Of a DNA stretch of 64,000 nucleotides, positions 37,879 through 46,591 are shown piece after piece. The stretch spans positions 64,001-128,000 of the forward strand of contig CBDCFW010000006.1 of the NCBI GenBank assembly GCA_965216465.1, written 5' to 3'. Source of the stretch: Bacteroidia bacterium. GTDB taxonomy: Bacteria > Bacteroidota > Bacteroidia > NS11-12g > UBA9320. The position numbers and the translations under genes are program-made. Within the stretch, counting starts at the first letter, position 1, and every line of letters begins with the position of its first letter. Below the pieces are notes generated by a model. It searched no databases. It saw only the letters and a program-made list of their open reading frames with translations, and was not told where the DNA came from.

Positions 37879-39183
37879 ATGGGAACGTTTAAAATTGAAG
37901 GTGGACACAAACTGAAGGGTACGCTAACCCCACAAGGAGCTAAAAATGAAGCACTGCAAATTCTCGCGGCGGTTCTACTAACCCCAGAAGTCGTCGAAAT
38001 AAAGAACATACCCGAAATTCGAGATATTCTTCGAATGATTGACCTACTCAAAGGCCTTAATGTTAAAGTTGAACGTTTAGGTGAAGGTCATTATACTTTT
38101 CAAGCTGATAATATCGACTTGGAATTCTTCCACACAGAAGAATTTAAGAAAAAGGGTGCCTCTATTCGTGGATCCATCATGATTATTGGTCCTCTTCTAG
38201 CTCGCTTTGGAATTGGCTACATCCCAAGTCCTGGAGGAGATAAAATTGGACGTCGACGACTTGATACGCATTTTATTGGATTTGAAAATCTTGGAGCTAA
38301 ATTCACCTACGACAAGGCTTCCAAGTTTTATAAGGTAGAAGGTGATAGCTTGCAAGGAACTAATATGCTTCTTGAAGAAGCTTCTGTAACTGGTACCGCA
38401 AACATTCTGATGGCCGCGGTTATGGCCAAAGGCAAAACAACCATTTATAACGCCGCTTGTGAACCCTATCTTCAACAATTGTGTAGAATGTTGAACGATA
38501 TGGGTGCTAAAATATCAGGAATCGGTTCAAACCTTTTAACCGTTGAAGGAGTAAATGAGATGGGCGGATGTAAGCACACCATACTGCCCGATATGATTGA
38601 GATAGGTAGCTTCATTAGTCTTGCAGCTCTAACTCAATCCGAGATAACAATCGAAAATTGTCGCGTTGATCAACTGGGACTTATACCAAAAGTATTCAAA
38701 AAACTTGGTGTTCAGTTCGTGATTAAAGACGACGATATCATTATACCCGAAAATCGCCATTATGAAATTGATAATTTCATTGACGGCAGTATGATGACAA
38801 TCGCAGATGCACCTTGGCCTGGACTTTCACCTGACTTGCTAAGTGTAATCTTGGTCATGTGTACTCAAGCAAAGGGCAATGTATTAATTCACCAAAAGAT
38901 GTTTGAAAGCAGACTATTCTTTGTCGATAATTTGATTGACATGGGAGCTCAAATTATACTTTGTGATCCACACCGAGCTACTGTAATGGGACTTGACCGA
39001 AGAGTACCTCTAAAAGGGATAACAATGACGTCACCAGATATTAGAGCAGGGGTTTCTCTACTTATCGCAGCGTTGTCGGCACAAGGAACGAGCACAATAC
39101 ACAACATAGAACAAATTGATAGGGGGTATCAAAATATAGAAACTAGACTTAATGCAATCGGAGCAAGAATAACTAGATTATGA
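37879..39183 (+). CDS. murA: UDP-N-acetylglucosamine 1-carboxyvinyltransferase
   Basis: Motifs GAKNEAL, PGGDKIGRR, SVTGTANI, PDIRAG, IDRGY. Confidence 0.96.
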   Translation: MGTFKIEGGHKLKGTLTPQGAKNEALQILAAVLLTPEVVEIKNIPEIRDILRMIDLLKGLNVKVERLGEGHYTFQADNIDLEFFHTEEFKKKGASIRGSIMIIGPLLARFGIGYIPSPGGDKIGRRRLDTHFIGFENLGAKFTYDKASKFYKVEGDSLQGTNMLLEEASVTGTANILMAAVMAKGKTTIYNAACEPYLQQLCRMLNDMGAKISGIGSNLLTVEGVNEMGGCKHTILPDMIEIGSFISLAALTQSEITIENCRVDQLGLIPKVFKKLGVQFVIKDDDIIIPENRHYEIDNFIDGSMMTIADAPWPGLSPDLLSVILVMCTQAKGNVLIHQKMFESRLFFVDNLIDMGAQIILCDPHRATVMGLDRRVPLKGITMTSPDIRAGVSLLIAALSAQGTSTIHNIEQIDRGYQNIETRLNAIGARITRL

Positions 39184-39184
39184 T

Positions 39185-39712
39185 ATGAAAGTTTACAAAG
39201 CAATTGCACTTATGTGCCTATCTGCAGTAGCTACCTTCGCCTTTACCTATGTAGCAACTGACAGCATTCCCGCTATTGGCGACGACGCACCCGAAATTGC
39301 CATGACAGGCTTAAAAGGTGACGAAATGAAATTATCTGACCTAAAAGGAAAGGTCGTGCTTATCGATTTTTGGGCGAGCTGGTGCAGAACCTGCCGCGTC
39401 GAAAACAAAAACATTACTGCAGCGTACAAAAAGTACAAAAACGAAAACTTTGATATCGGAAACGGTTTTGAGGTTTACGCCATTAGTCTAGATTCTGACC
39501 CTGCACTTTGGGAAACCGCAATTGCGAACGATAATCTTTCATGGAAATACCACGTTTCTGACCTTAAGAAATGGAAAAGTCCAGTTGTAGATGACTACAA
39601 TTTTAAATACTTGCCACACAACCTTTTAATTGACGAAAACGGTAAAATTTTAGCAAAGGGACTGTTCGGTAAAAAACTCGATGAATTCCTAGCCAGTCAT
39701 TTGGCAGATTAA
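39185..39712 (+). CDS. TlpA-family thiol-disulfide oxidoreductase
   Basis: LSDLKGKVVLIDFWASWCRTC with a signal or anchor sequence. Confidence 0.9.
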   Translation: MKVYKAIALMCLSAVATFAFTYVATDSIPAIGDDAPEIAMTGLKGDEMKLSDLKGKVVLIDFWASWCRTCRVENKNITAAYKKYKNENFDIGNGFEVYAISLDSDPALWETAIANDNLSWKYHVSDLKKWKSPVVDDYNFKYLPHNLLIDENGKILAKGLFGKKLDEFLASHLAD

Positions 39713-39716
39713 TCGG

Positions 39717-39755
39717 TGTCATTATGACATAATTTGATATGGCAAAACTTTTGCT
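39717..39755 (+). promoter_or_regulatory. sigma54-type promoter TGGCAAAACTTTTGCT (39740-39755) with upstream palindrome TGTCA-TTA-TGACA (39717-39729)
   Basis: Exact GG-N10-GC spacing about 30 nt before the grpE ATG. Confidence 0.7.
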
Positions 39756-39785
39756 TCTATTCTGACGTATTTAGTAAAATAAATA

Positions 39786-40322
39786 ATGTCAGAAGAAACA
39801 AAAGACCAAGAAGAATTGGACGTCAACGCCAACGAGAAAAACTCAGAAAGCACTGAAAGTAAAGAAGATACAACAAAAGAAGTTAGTGCTGAAGACAAAA
39901 TCAACGAGCTAAACGACAAGTATCTCAGACTGTATTCTGAATTTGACAACTTCAGAAGAAGAACAGCAAAAGAAAAATTAGAGCTTTTTAAAACTGCTGG
40001 CGAGGATATTTTGACAGACCTCCTGCCTATTTTAGATGACTTTGAACGAGCACTTCAAAACATGGATAAAAAAGGCGATGTAAAGGTGATTAAAGAGGGT
40101 GTAGATCTCATTTATAACAAATTCAAGAACACTTTAACCAATAAAGGACTTGAGTCTTTTAAATCTATTGAAAAACCATTTGACCCTGATGTGCATGAAG
40201 CTGTAACTAAAATACCTGCACCTTCTAAAAAACTGAGAGGAAAAGTAGTCGACGAAATTGAAAAAGGTTACAAGTTAAACGACAAGATAATTCGATTTGC
40301 TAAAGTGGTTGTAGGAGAATAA
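39786..40322 (+). CDS. grpE: Nucleotide exchange factor GrpE
   Basis: Motifs [46 protein letters not shown]. Confidence 0.96.
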   Translation: MSEETKDQEELDVNANEKNSESTESKEDTTKEVSAEDKINELNDKYLRLYSEFDNFRRRTAKEKLELFKTAGEDILTDLLPILDDFERALQNMDKKGDVKVIKEGVDLIYNKFKNTLTNKGLESFKSIEKPFDPDVHEAVTKIPAPSKKLRGKVVDEIEKGYKLNDKIIRFAKVVVGE

Positions 40323-40324
40323 TT

Positions 40325-41446
40325 ATGGCAAAGAGAGATTATTATGAAGTACTGGGAGTAAGCAAGAGTGCTAGTCCTGAAGAAATAAAGAAAGCTTATC
40401 GAAAAAAGGCAATCCAATATCACCCTGATAAAAATCCAGGTGACAAGGAGGCGGAAGATAAATTTAAAGAAGCTGCAGAAGCTTATGAAGTATTAAGCAC
40501 GCCTGAGAAAAAACAACGCTATGACCAATTTGGACATGCAGGCGTTGATGGCGGAGCCGGAGGATTTGGCGGAGGCGGAATGAATATGGATGACATTTTC
40601 AGCCACTTCGGTGACATCTTTGGAGATATGGGTGGAAGCCCATTTGAATCATTTTTTGGGGGCGGCAGAGCTCGATCTCGTCAAAATGTTGGCTCAAACA
40701 TCAGAATTAAACTCAAACTGACTATTGATGAGGTCACTAACGGAGTTGAGAAAAAAATAAAATATAAGAAGAAAGTTGTTGCTGAGGGTGTAACCTTCGA
40801 TACTTGTCAAACCTGTAAAGGAAGAGGTCAAGTTACTCGAGTTCAAAGTACCTTCTTAGGCCAAATGCAAACTTCTAGCCCATGCCCTAGTTGTGGTGGA
40901 AGTGGAAAGCGCATCAAAAATGTACCTCCAGGTGCTGATGGAATGGGACTAGTAACAAAAGAAGTTACAACCTCTATCAATATCCCTGCTGGTGTTAGCG
41001 ATGGCTTACAGCTTTCAGTGCAAGGTAAAGGGAACGACACACCCGGTGGAATTTCTGGTGATTTAATTGTTCTTATTGAAGAAGTTCAACACAAAGAGCT
41101 CATTCGAGAAGGCAACAACATTGTATATAATCTTCATATCAGCTTTCCAGAAGCTGCAATGGGAACTGAAGTTGAAGTTCCTACAGTTTCAGGAAAAGTA
41201 CGTATTAAGGTTGAAGCTGGAACCCAAAGTGGCAAGGTTCTTAGGCTTCGAGGTAAAGGAATTCCTGACCTTAATGGCTATAAAAAGGGTGACCAACTCA
41301 TTTACGTGAACGTTTTCACACCTAAAAAACTTAATTCTGAAGAGAAGGGTCTGCTTAAGAAATTGATGGAATCTGAAAATTTCAAACCGGATCCAAATGC
41401 AGAAAAAGGATTCTTTGATAAAATGAAAGATTTCTTTCATGGATAA
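40325..41446 (+). CDS. dnaJ: Chaperone DnaJ
   Basis: J domain HPDKN, G/F region, two CxxCxGxG motifs and the C-terminal domain. Confidence 0.96.
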   Translation: MAKRDYYEVLGVSKSASPEEIKKAYRKKAIQYHPDKNPGDKEAEDKFKEAAEAYEVLSTPEKKQRYDQFGHAGVDGGAGGFGGGGMNMDDIFSHFGDIFGDMGGSPFESFFGGGRARSRQNVGSNIRIKLKLTIDEVTNGVEKKIKYKKKVVAEGVTFDTCQTCKGRGQVTRVQSTFLGQMQTSSPCPSCGGSGKRIKNVPPGADGMGLVTKEVTTSINIPAGVSDGLQLSVQGKGNDTPGGISGDLIVLIEEVQHKELIREGNNIVYNLHISFPEAAMGTEVEVPTVSGKVRIKVEAGTQSGKVLRLRGKGIPDLNGYKKGDQLIYVNVFTPKKLNSEEKGLLKKLMESENFKPDPNAEKGFFDKMKDFFHG

Positions 41447-41463
41447 TTAACTTTGATCAGAAT

Positions 41464-41661
41464 ATGACAACAAATGCAATTATTAGTTTTGTAATAGGCT
41501 CGCTCGGTGCATTTGTGATAGTTTCCAGTATCCTAAATCTAGACTATCTGTTTAAAAGCAAACGTGCAGAATTCTATCAGAAAATTTTCGGAATAATAGG
41601 AACTCGGATTTTTTATGGTGCATTAGGTGCGTTCATGGTTTATATTGCAACGCAACTTTAG
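41464..41661 (+). CDS. Small two-TM protein resembling the Imm17 family
   Basis: LNLDYLFKSKRA...FG..GTRIFYGALG. Has its own -7 element TAACTTTG at 41448-41455. Confidence 0.65.
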   Translation: MTTNAIISFVIGSLGAFVIVSSILNLDYLFKSKRAEFYQKIFGIIGTRIFYGALGAFMVYIATQL

Positions 41662-41672
41662 TCAACTATACT

Positions 41673-42488
41673 TTGAAAAATCTAATTGCTACACTCTTTC
41701 TTGGCCTTTCATTGGTGAGTTTAGGGCAATCTCCTGATCCTACTGTGAAGCAAAAAAAAGGAGATCTTTACTTTTATTGGGGATGGAACCGAGAGTGGTT
41801 TTCCAATTGCGATATTCACTTCACAGGAGAAACTTACGACTTCACACTTTACGACGTGAAGGCCAAAGACAAGCCCGCTGAATTTGACATGTCGACCTAT
41901 TTTAGCCCACAGTACGTTACCATACCTCAATACAATTTTCGTGTTGGCTATTTTATAAATGACAATTGGGACGTTTCTATCGCTATCGACCACATGAAGT
42001 ATGTGGTTAACCATCACCAAACTGTAAAAATAGACGGCTACATTGATGTACCCAACTCATCATTTAATGGAACCTACAATCAAGATGATGTAGTTCTATC
42101 TAAAGGGTTTTTGGAATTGGAGCATACAGATGGCTTAAATTGGGGAGGATTTGATATCAGAAGGTTCGACAATATTTGGCATCATGGTAATTTTAAGCTT
42201 GCCGTCACCGAAGGTGTGGGTGCAGCGGTTCTTTTCCCAAAAACTGATGCTAGCTTATTAAATTTTAGAAGGCATGACCGCTATCATGTATCCGGATATG
42301 GGTTTGATGGTGCAGTTGGAATTCAACTTGGCTATAAAAGCCTATTTATCCAATCAGAACTCAAAGGAGGATACATCAATATGCCCAACGTGCGAACTAC
42401 ACAATATTCAGCTGACAATGCCAGTCAAGATTTTTGGTTTTCACAATTCAACGTGGTGTTCGGAGGAATCATTAAAACTTCTAAGTAA
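41673..42488 (+). CDS. Conserved Bacteroidota outer-membrane beta-barrel protein of unknown function
   Basis: Signal peptide, YWGWNR, TIPQYNFRVGYF, DHMKY, EHTDGLN. Confidence 0.8.
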   Translation: MKNLIATLFLGLSLVSLGQSPDPTVKQKKGDLYFYWGWNREWFSNCDIHFTGETYDFTLYDVKAKDKPAEFDMSTYFSPQYVTIPQYNFRVGYFINDNWDVSIAIDHMKYVVNHHQTVKIDGYIDVPNSSFNGTYNQDDVVLSKGFLELEHTDGLNWGGFDIRRFDNIWHHGNFKLAVTEGVGAAVLFPKTDASLLNFRRHDRYHVSGYGFDGAVGIQLGYKSLFIQSELKGGYINMPNVRTTQYSADNASQDFWFSQFNVVFGGIIKTSK

Positions 42489-42489
42489 T

Positions 42490-42605
42490 AATAGAAGAAA
42501 AGGGAGCTTTCACTCCCTTTTCAAAACCAAAAACCAACAACATATGGTTGTATAAACGGTGATAATACACCTTTTATGTCCTTATTTATCGACTTCGAAG
42601 TTCGT
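42490..42605 (-). ncRNA. Candidate small RNA
   Basis: Minus-oriented terminator with no minus-strand gene upstream, a UUGUUGGUUUUUGGUUUU tract and short hairpins. Confidence 0.4.
42497..42522. terminator. Intrinsic terminator, stronger on the minus strand
   Basis: GAAAAGGGAG-ctttca-CTCCCTTTTC. The minus strand has a GAAA loop and a UUUUCUUCUAUU tail. Confidence 0.8.
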
Positions 42606-42754
42606 ACACAAAATGATAATAAAAGGTGATTTGAGTTACATTCAGTAATGAGTAAAATCATTGCAGTTGAAATATCAGCATTTCCTCATTTTTTGGCTTC
42701 CATTTATCGATGTTTTCAAATTCAATCTCTTTTCTGAATACCTTTGAACACAAC

Positions 42755-43657
42755 ATGAATATTCTTGAAATTCAGGAAGTTTCGAAGTTCTACAAGAACC
42801 ACGTAGCACTCAATCAAGTTTCGTTCGGAGTACCGAAAGGAAAGATCTTTGGCCTTCTCGGTCCAAATGGAGCAGGTAAAACATCATTGATTAGAATTAT
42901 AAATCAAATTACGGCTCCAGATGAAGGAGGCATCCTATTTAATGGTGAGCGTCTTAGTAAAGAGCATATTAAAAACATTGGGTACCTCCCTGAAGAAAGA
43001 GGGCTTTACAAGAAAATGCCTGTTTTTGATCAGTTGGTCTACTTTGCCAAGTTGAGAGGGCTAAATGTTAAACAAGCTAAAGAAACTATTAACCACTGGT
43101 TAGATAAGTTTGAAGCCTCAACCTGGAAAAAGAAAAAGATTGAAGAACTAAGCAAGGGTATGCAGCAAAAAATACAGTTCATTGTAACCGTTCTGCATCA
43201 TCCTGACTTTATAATTTTAGATGAACCCTTCACAGGATTTGACCCTAAGAACACCCAATTAATTAAAGATGAGATTCTTAATCTAAAGGAGCAAGGAGCA
43301 ACAATTATGCTTTCAACACATCGGATGGAGAATGTCGAAGAAATTTGCGATGAAGTAGTATTAATTAACAAAGCCCAAGTAGTTGCATCGGGCTCAGTTG
43401 ATGCTATCAGAAATAGCCTTAAAGACAATACATTTTACCTCCGCTTTATAGGGCAAATTCAAACGAATCTTGAAGGGGTTCAAATTAAATCTCAAAACAC
43501 GATTGGCGAAGAAACTGAACTCACATTTTCATACTTAAATGAAAACACAGGAATTAAACCATTTAATAATTCTAGAATTAACATCAGAGAATACAGAGAA
43601 GTAATTCCAAGCATGCAGGATGTATTTTTAACTTTAACGGAAGGGGAACATGAATAA
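42755..43657 (+). CDS. ABC-2 exporter ATP-binding subunit (NatA/YhaQ-like; ORF track start 42710)
   Basis: Motifs GPNGAGKT, LSKGMQQK, ILDEPF, STH. Promoter TACCTTTG at 42739-42746. Confidence 0.93.
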   Translation: MNILEIQEVSKFYKNHVALNQVSFGVPKGKIFGLLGPNGAGKTSLIRIINQITAPDEGGILFNGERLSKEHIKNIGYLPEERGLYKKMPVFDQLVYFAKLRGLNVKQAKETINHWLDKFEASTWKKKKIEELSKGMQQKIQFIVTVLHHPDFIILDEPFTGFDPKNTQLIKDEILNLKEQGATIMLSTHRMENVEEICDEVVLINKAQVVASGSVDAIRNSLKDNTFYLRFIGQIQTNLEGVQIKSQNTIGEETELTFSYLNENTGIKPFNNSRINIREYREVIPSMQDVFLTLTEGEHE

Positions 43658-44957
43658 TATACTGACCATAACTTCAAGAGAATATCTATCTCGCGTTAAA
43701 AAAAGAAGTTTCATTATAATGACCTTCTTGGCACCCTTGCTAATAGCTTCTTTTTACGGAGCCATTATATGGATGGGAGTAAACGACAACGTAGGAAGTG
43801 AAGAGAAAAACATTGTGGTTGTTGACCCAAATCACTTGTTTAGAGACATAGAAAATCATGCCAAAATCAAGTTTCACTTTGAAGACCACTTCGATATAGA
43901 ACAGTTGATAGAATCATCTTCTTATGATGGTATGCTTGAAGTCGGCGGTGATTTTACATACGACCAAGAATTAAGTCTAAAGTACCAAAGCTTAAAAAGC
44001 CTTAGTGTTACTGAAAATGAACGCATTAAAAACAGCTTTAGCACTAAAATTAAGGAGTACAAGCTCAAAAAATTAGGCATTACAGAAGAAACTATTCAAA
44101 GCCTTCAAACTAAGGTAAGCATCGATGAATTTAAAGTAGATGAAGAAGGTAACAGCAAGAGTGCTAACATTGGAATAAACACCGCTCTTGGAATGGTTCT
44201 AGCTATTATGATTTACTTCTTTATTTTTCTTTACGGAGTTCAGGTAATGCGGGGGGTTATAGAAGAAAAAACAAATCGTATTGTAGAATTAATAGTAAGC
44301 ACTGTAAAACCGTTTCAGCTCATGATGGGTAAAGTTATAGGAATAGCCGCTGTGGGTCTAACTCAAATTGCTATTTGGATTGTACTTACATCAATCTTAA
44401 TGAGTGTAATTAGTGTGGTGTTTGGATTAAACATGTCGGAAATGAGCGAGATCCAACAAATGGGACCAACTCCCAATATGGATAACCTCGACAGCAATGT
44501 TGCTCAAGCGTTAACCGCATTCTTTAACTTGCCATTGCTTAAAATATTTGGAAGCTTCTTATTCTACTTTATAGGAGGATATTTACTTTATGGAGCACTG
44601 TTTGCCGCCATTGGATCAGCAGTTGACAGTGAAACAGACACGCAACAGTTTATGATGCCAGTGACTTTACCTTTAGTTTTCTCATTTGTTGTATCATTCT
44701 CTGTAGTGATTAACGATCCAAATGGCTCCTTGGCTACCTGGCTCTCAATGATTCCTATTTCATCTCCTGTCGTTATGATGGTGAGAATGCCCTTTGGTCC
44801 ACCAACGTGGCAACTTGTCGCATCAATGGCTATTTTGGTTCTGACCATTATTGGGGTGATTTGGTTGGCCGGACGAATTTACCGAACCGGCATTCTGATG
44901 TACGGAAAGAAACCTAGCTACAAAGAGCTTGCAAAATGGCTTTTCTATAAAAATTAA
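43650..44957 (+). CDS. ABC-2 exporter permease (NatB/YhaP-like)
   Basis: Motifs REYLSRVKK, V.EEKTNRIVE, LMMGK..G, RIYR.GILMYGK. Confidence 0.92.
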   Translation: MNNILTITSREYLSRVKKRSFIIMTFLAPLLIASFYGAIIWMGVNDNVGSEEKNIVVVDPNHLFRDIENHAKIKFHFEDHFDIEQLIESSSYDGMLEVGGDFTYDQELSLKYQSLKSLSVTENERIKNSFSTKIKEYKLKKLGITEETIQSLQTKVSIDEFKVDEEGNSKSANIGINTALGMVLAIMIYFFIFLYGVQVMRGVIEEKTNRIVELIVSTVKPFQLMMGKVIGIAAVGLTQIAIWIVLTSILMSVISVVFGLNMSEMSEIQQMGPTPNMDNLDSNVAQALTAFFNLPLLKIFGSFLFYFIGGYLLYGALFAAIGSAVDSETDTQQFMMPVTLPLVFSFVVSFSVVINDPNGSLATWLSMIPISSPVVMMVRMPFGPPTWQLVASMAILVLTIIGVIWLAGRIYRTGILMYGKKPSYKELAKWLFYKN

Positions 44958-44974
44958 TGTACCTTAGCAAGGTA

Positions 44975-46159
44975 ATGAGAATATTCTTAGTTTGCCTTCT
45001 ATTTGCATCACTAAGCAGTGTTGCACAAATCAGTTTTCCCTTTGTAGTTCAGCATGACGATGATGTAAGCTGCCTATCTTTTAGTCCCGATAACTCCTTT
45101 ATAGTTTCTGGAGGATGGGATAGTAAACTGATAGTTTATTCTAACGACAGCACATACAACATCCACCAAGAATTAAAAGACTTTTCAGGAGCTGTTAATG
45201 ACATCACATTTAGCAGAGATGGGTACAAAATGATTGCTGGTGGCCAAGAAGGGAAATTGGCAATTTATGGCTTCAATGACCTTTCCTCTTGGGACATTAT
45301 AGGTTTAGATACATTCTTAGAGATTAACAATTCTCAAATTAACAAATTGATCTACGGCCCTGGAATGCGAACAATTTTTAGCGCCGGAGATAATGGAAAC
45401 TTTATGACCTACGATCTTACCAAAAGAAAGGTCTTGAAAATTGAAACCAAGAGACCAATCTCAGCAGCTGCGGTTTCGGTTGATAGAAGAAGCTACTTTA
45501 TTGCGAACGAAGGAAACCCAGTAATCACACGATACGATGTGTTTGGCAAAAGTATGCAGACATTTGAAGGGCATTTGAACGATGTTACAGATATTCTGGT
45601 AACCCCAAATCGCAAGTACATGATCTCATCGTCGAAAGACAGAACCATAAAAATTTGGAATATGGCAAATGGCAAACTGGAGAGAACTATTTTAGAACAT
45701 ACGTGGGCGGTTACCGATATCGATATGGACCCTTATGGCAAAGTATTGGTAAGCTGTGGCCTAGATGGAACTGTTGGCTTGTATGACATCGAAACGGGTG
45801 AGAAACTAATGCAAGAATCGTTACCCAGACACAAATGTGTTGCGATTGCCCTCTCCCCTAATCTTACCAAGATTGCTGTTGCAACTCGACACGACGATTC
45901 CGAGGTACATGCAGGTTTTTATATCATTACAACTCCTCTGAAAGAAAGAAAAGTACGACTACCCAAGCGATACTTTACAGATAAGGACGAAGAAGAGCTA
46001 TACAACTCTATTTACTTGGAAGATGTAGAAGATATTGAGGTGATTAAAAAGGATCCCAAAACGACAAAACCAAAAGAAGCTCCAAAGCCCGAAAAGAAGG
46101 TGAAGACTGAAAAGGTCATCAAAAAAACCGACCAAGTTGAAATCAAATTAGAAGATTAG
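44975..46159 (+). CDS. Secreted WD40-repeat beta-propeller protein
   Basis: Signal peptide, repeats such as H.DDV.CLSFSPD..VSGGWD and GH..DVTD..SSSKDRTIKIW, and a charged tail. Confidence 0.88.
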   Translation: MRIFLVCLLFASLSSVAQISFPFVVQHDDDVSCLSFSPDNSFIVSGGWDSKLIVYSNDSTYNIHQELKDFSGAVNDITFSRDGYKMIAGGQEGKLAIYGFNDLSSWDIIGLDTFLEINNSQINKLIYGPGMRTIFSAGDNGNFMTYDLTKRKVLKIETKRPISAAAVSVDRRSYFIANEGNPVITRYDVFGKSMQTFEGHLNDVTDILVTPNRKYMISSSKDRTIKIWNMANGKLERTILEHTWAVTDIDMDPYGKVLVSCGLDGTVGLYDIETGEKLMQESLPRHKCVAIALSPNLTKIAVATRHDDSEVHAGFYIITTPLKERKVRLPKRYFTDKDEEELYNSIYLEDVEDIEVIKKDPKTTKPKEAPKPEKKVKTEKVIKKTDQVEIKLED

Positions 46160-46174
46160 ATTTGCACGATTCTT

Positions 46175-46591
46175 ATGACCAAAGAAATTTTAAACAGTAG
46201 CAAAGCTCCTGAACCAGTTGGAGCATACCCTCATGCAAGAAAAGTCGGCAACCTATTATTTCTGAGCGGCGTTGGTCCTAGAGCCAAAGGCACTAAAAAG
46301 ATTCCAGGTGTTGAACTTGATGACGATGGAAACATCGTTAGCTATGATATTGAAGCTCAATGTCATTCTGTTTTTAACAACATCAGATACATTCTTGAAG
46401 ATGCCGGAAGCAGCTGGGATAACATTGTCGATGTTACCGTTTTCTTAACGAATATGAAAGACGACTTTAAAACCTACAATCGTCTTTATGCTGAGTATTT
46501 CAAGGATAACCAGCCTTGTAGAACAACAATGGAAATTAATTGTCTTCCAACTCCAATTGCAATTGAGTTGAAAGTGATCGCAACCATTTAA
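46175..46591 (+). CDS. RidA/YjgF-family deaminase (2-aminomuconate deaminase-like)
   Basis: Motifs APEPVGAYPHA, LFLSG, VTVFL, PCRTT, IELK. Confidence 0.9.
   Translation: MTKEILNSSKAPEPVGAYPHARKVGNLLFLSGVGPRAKGTKKIPGVELDDDGNIVSYDIEAQCHSVFNNIRYILEDAGSSWDNIVDVTVFLTNMKDDFKTYNRLYAEYFKDNQPCRTTMEINCLPTPIAIELKVIATI

Noticed and set aside
42482-42544. 20-codon minus-strand ORF (MLLVFGFEKGVKAPFSSIIT)
   Set aside because: It runs through the terminator hairpin, so it is better explained as non-coding RNA sequence.
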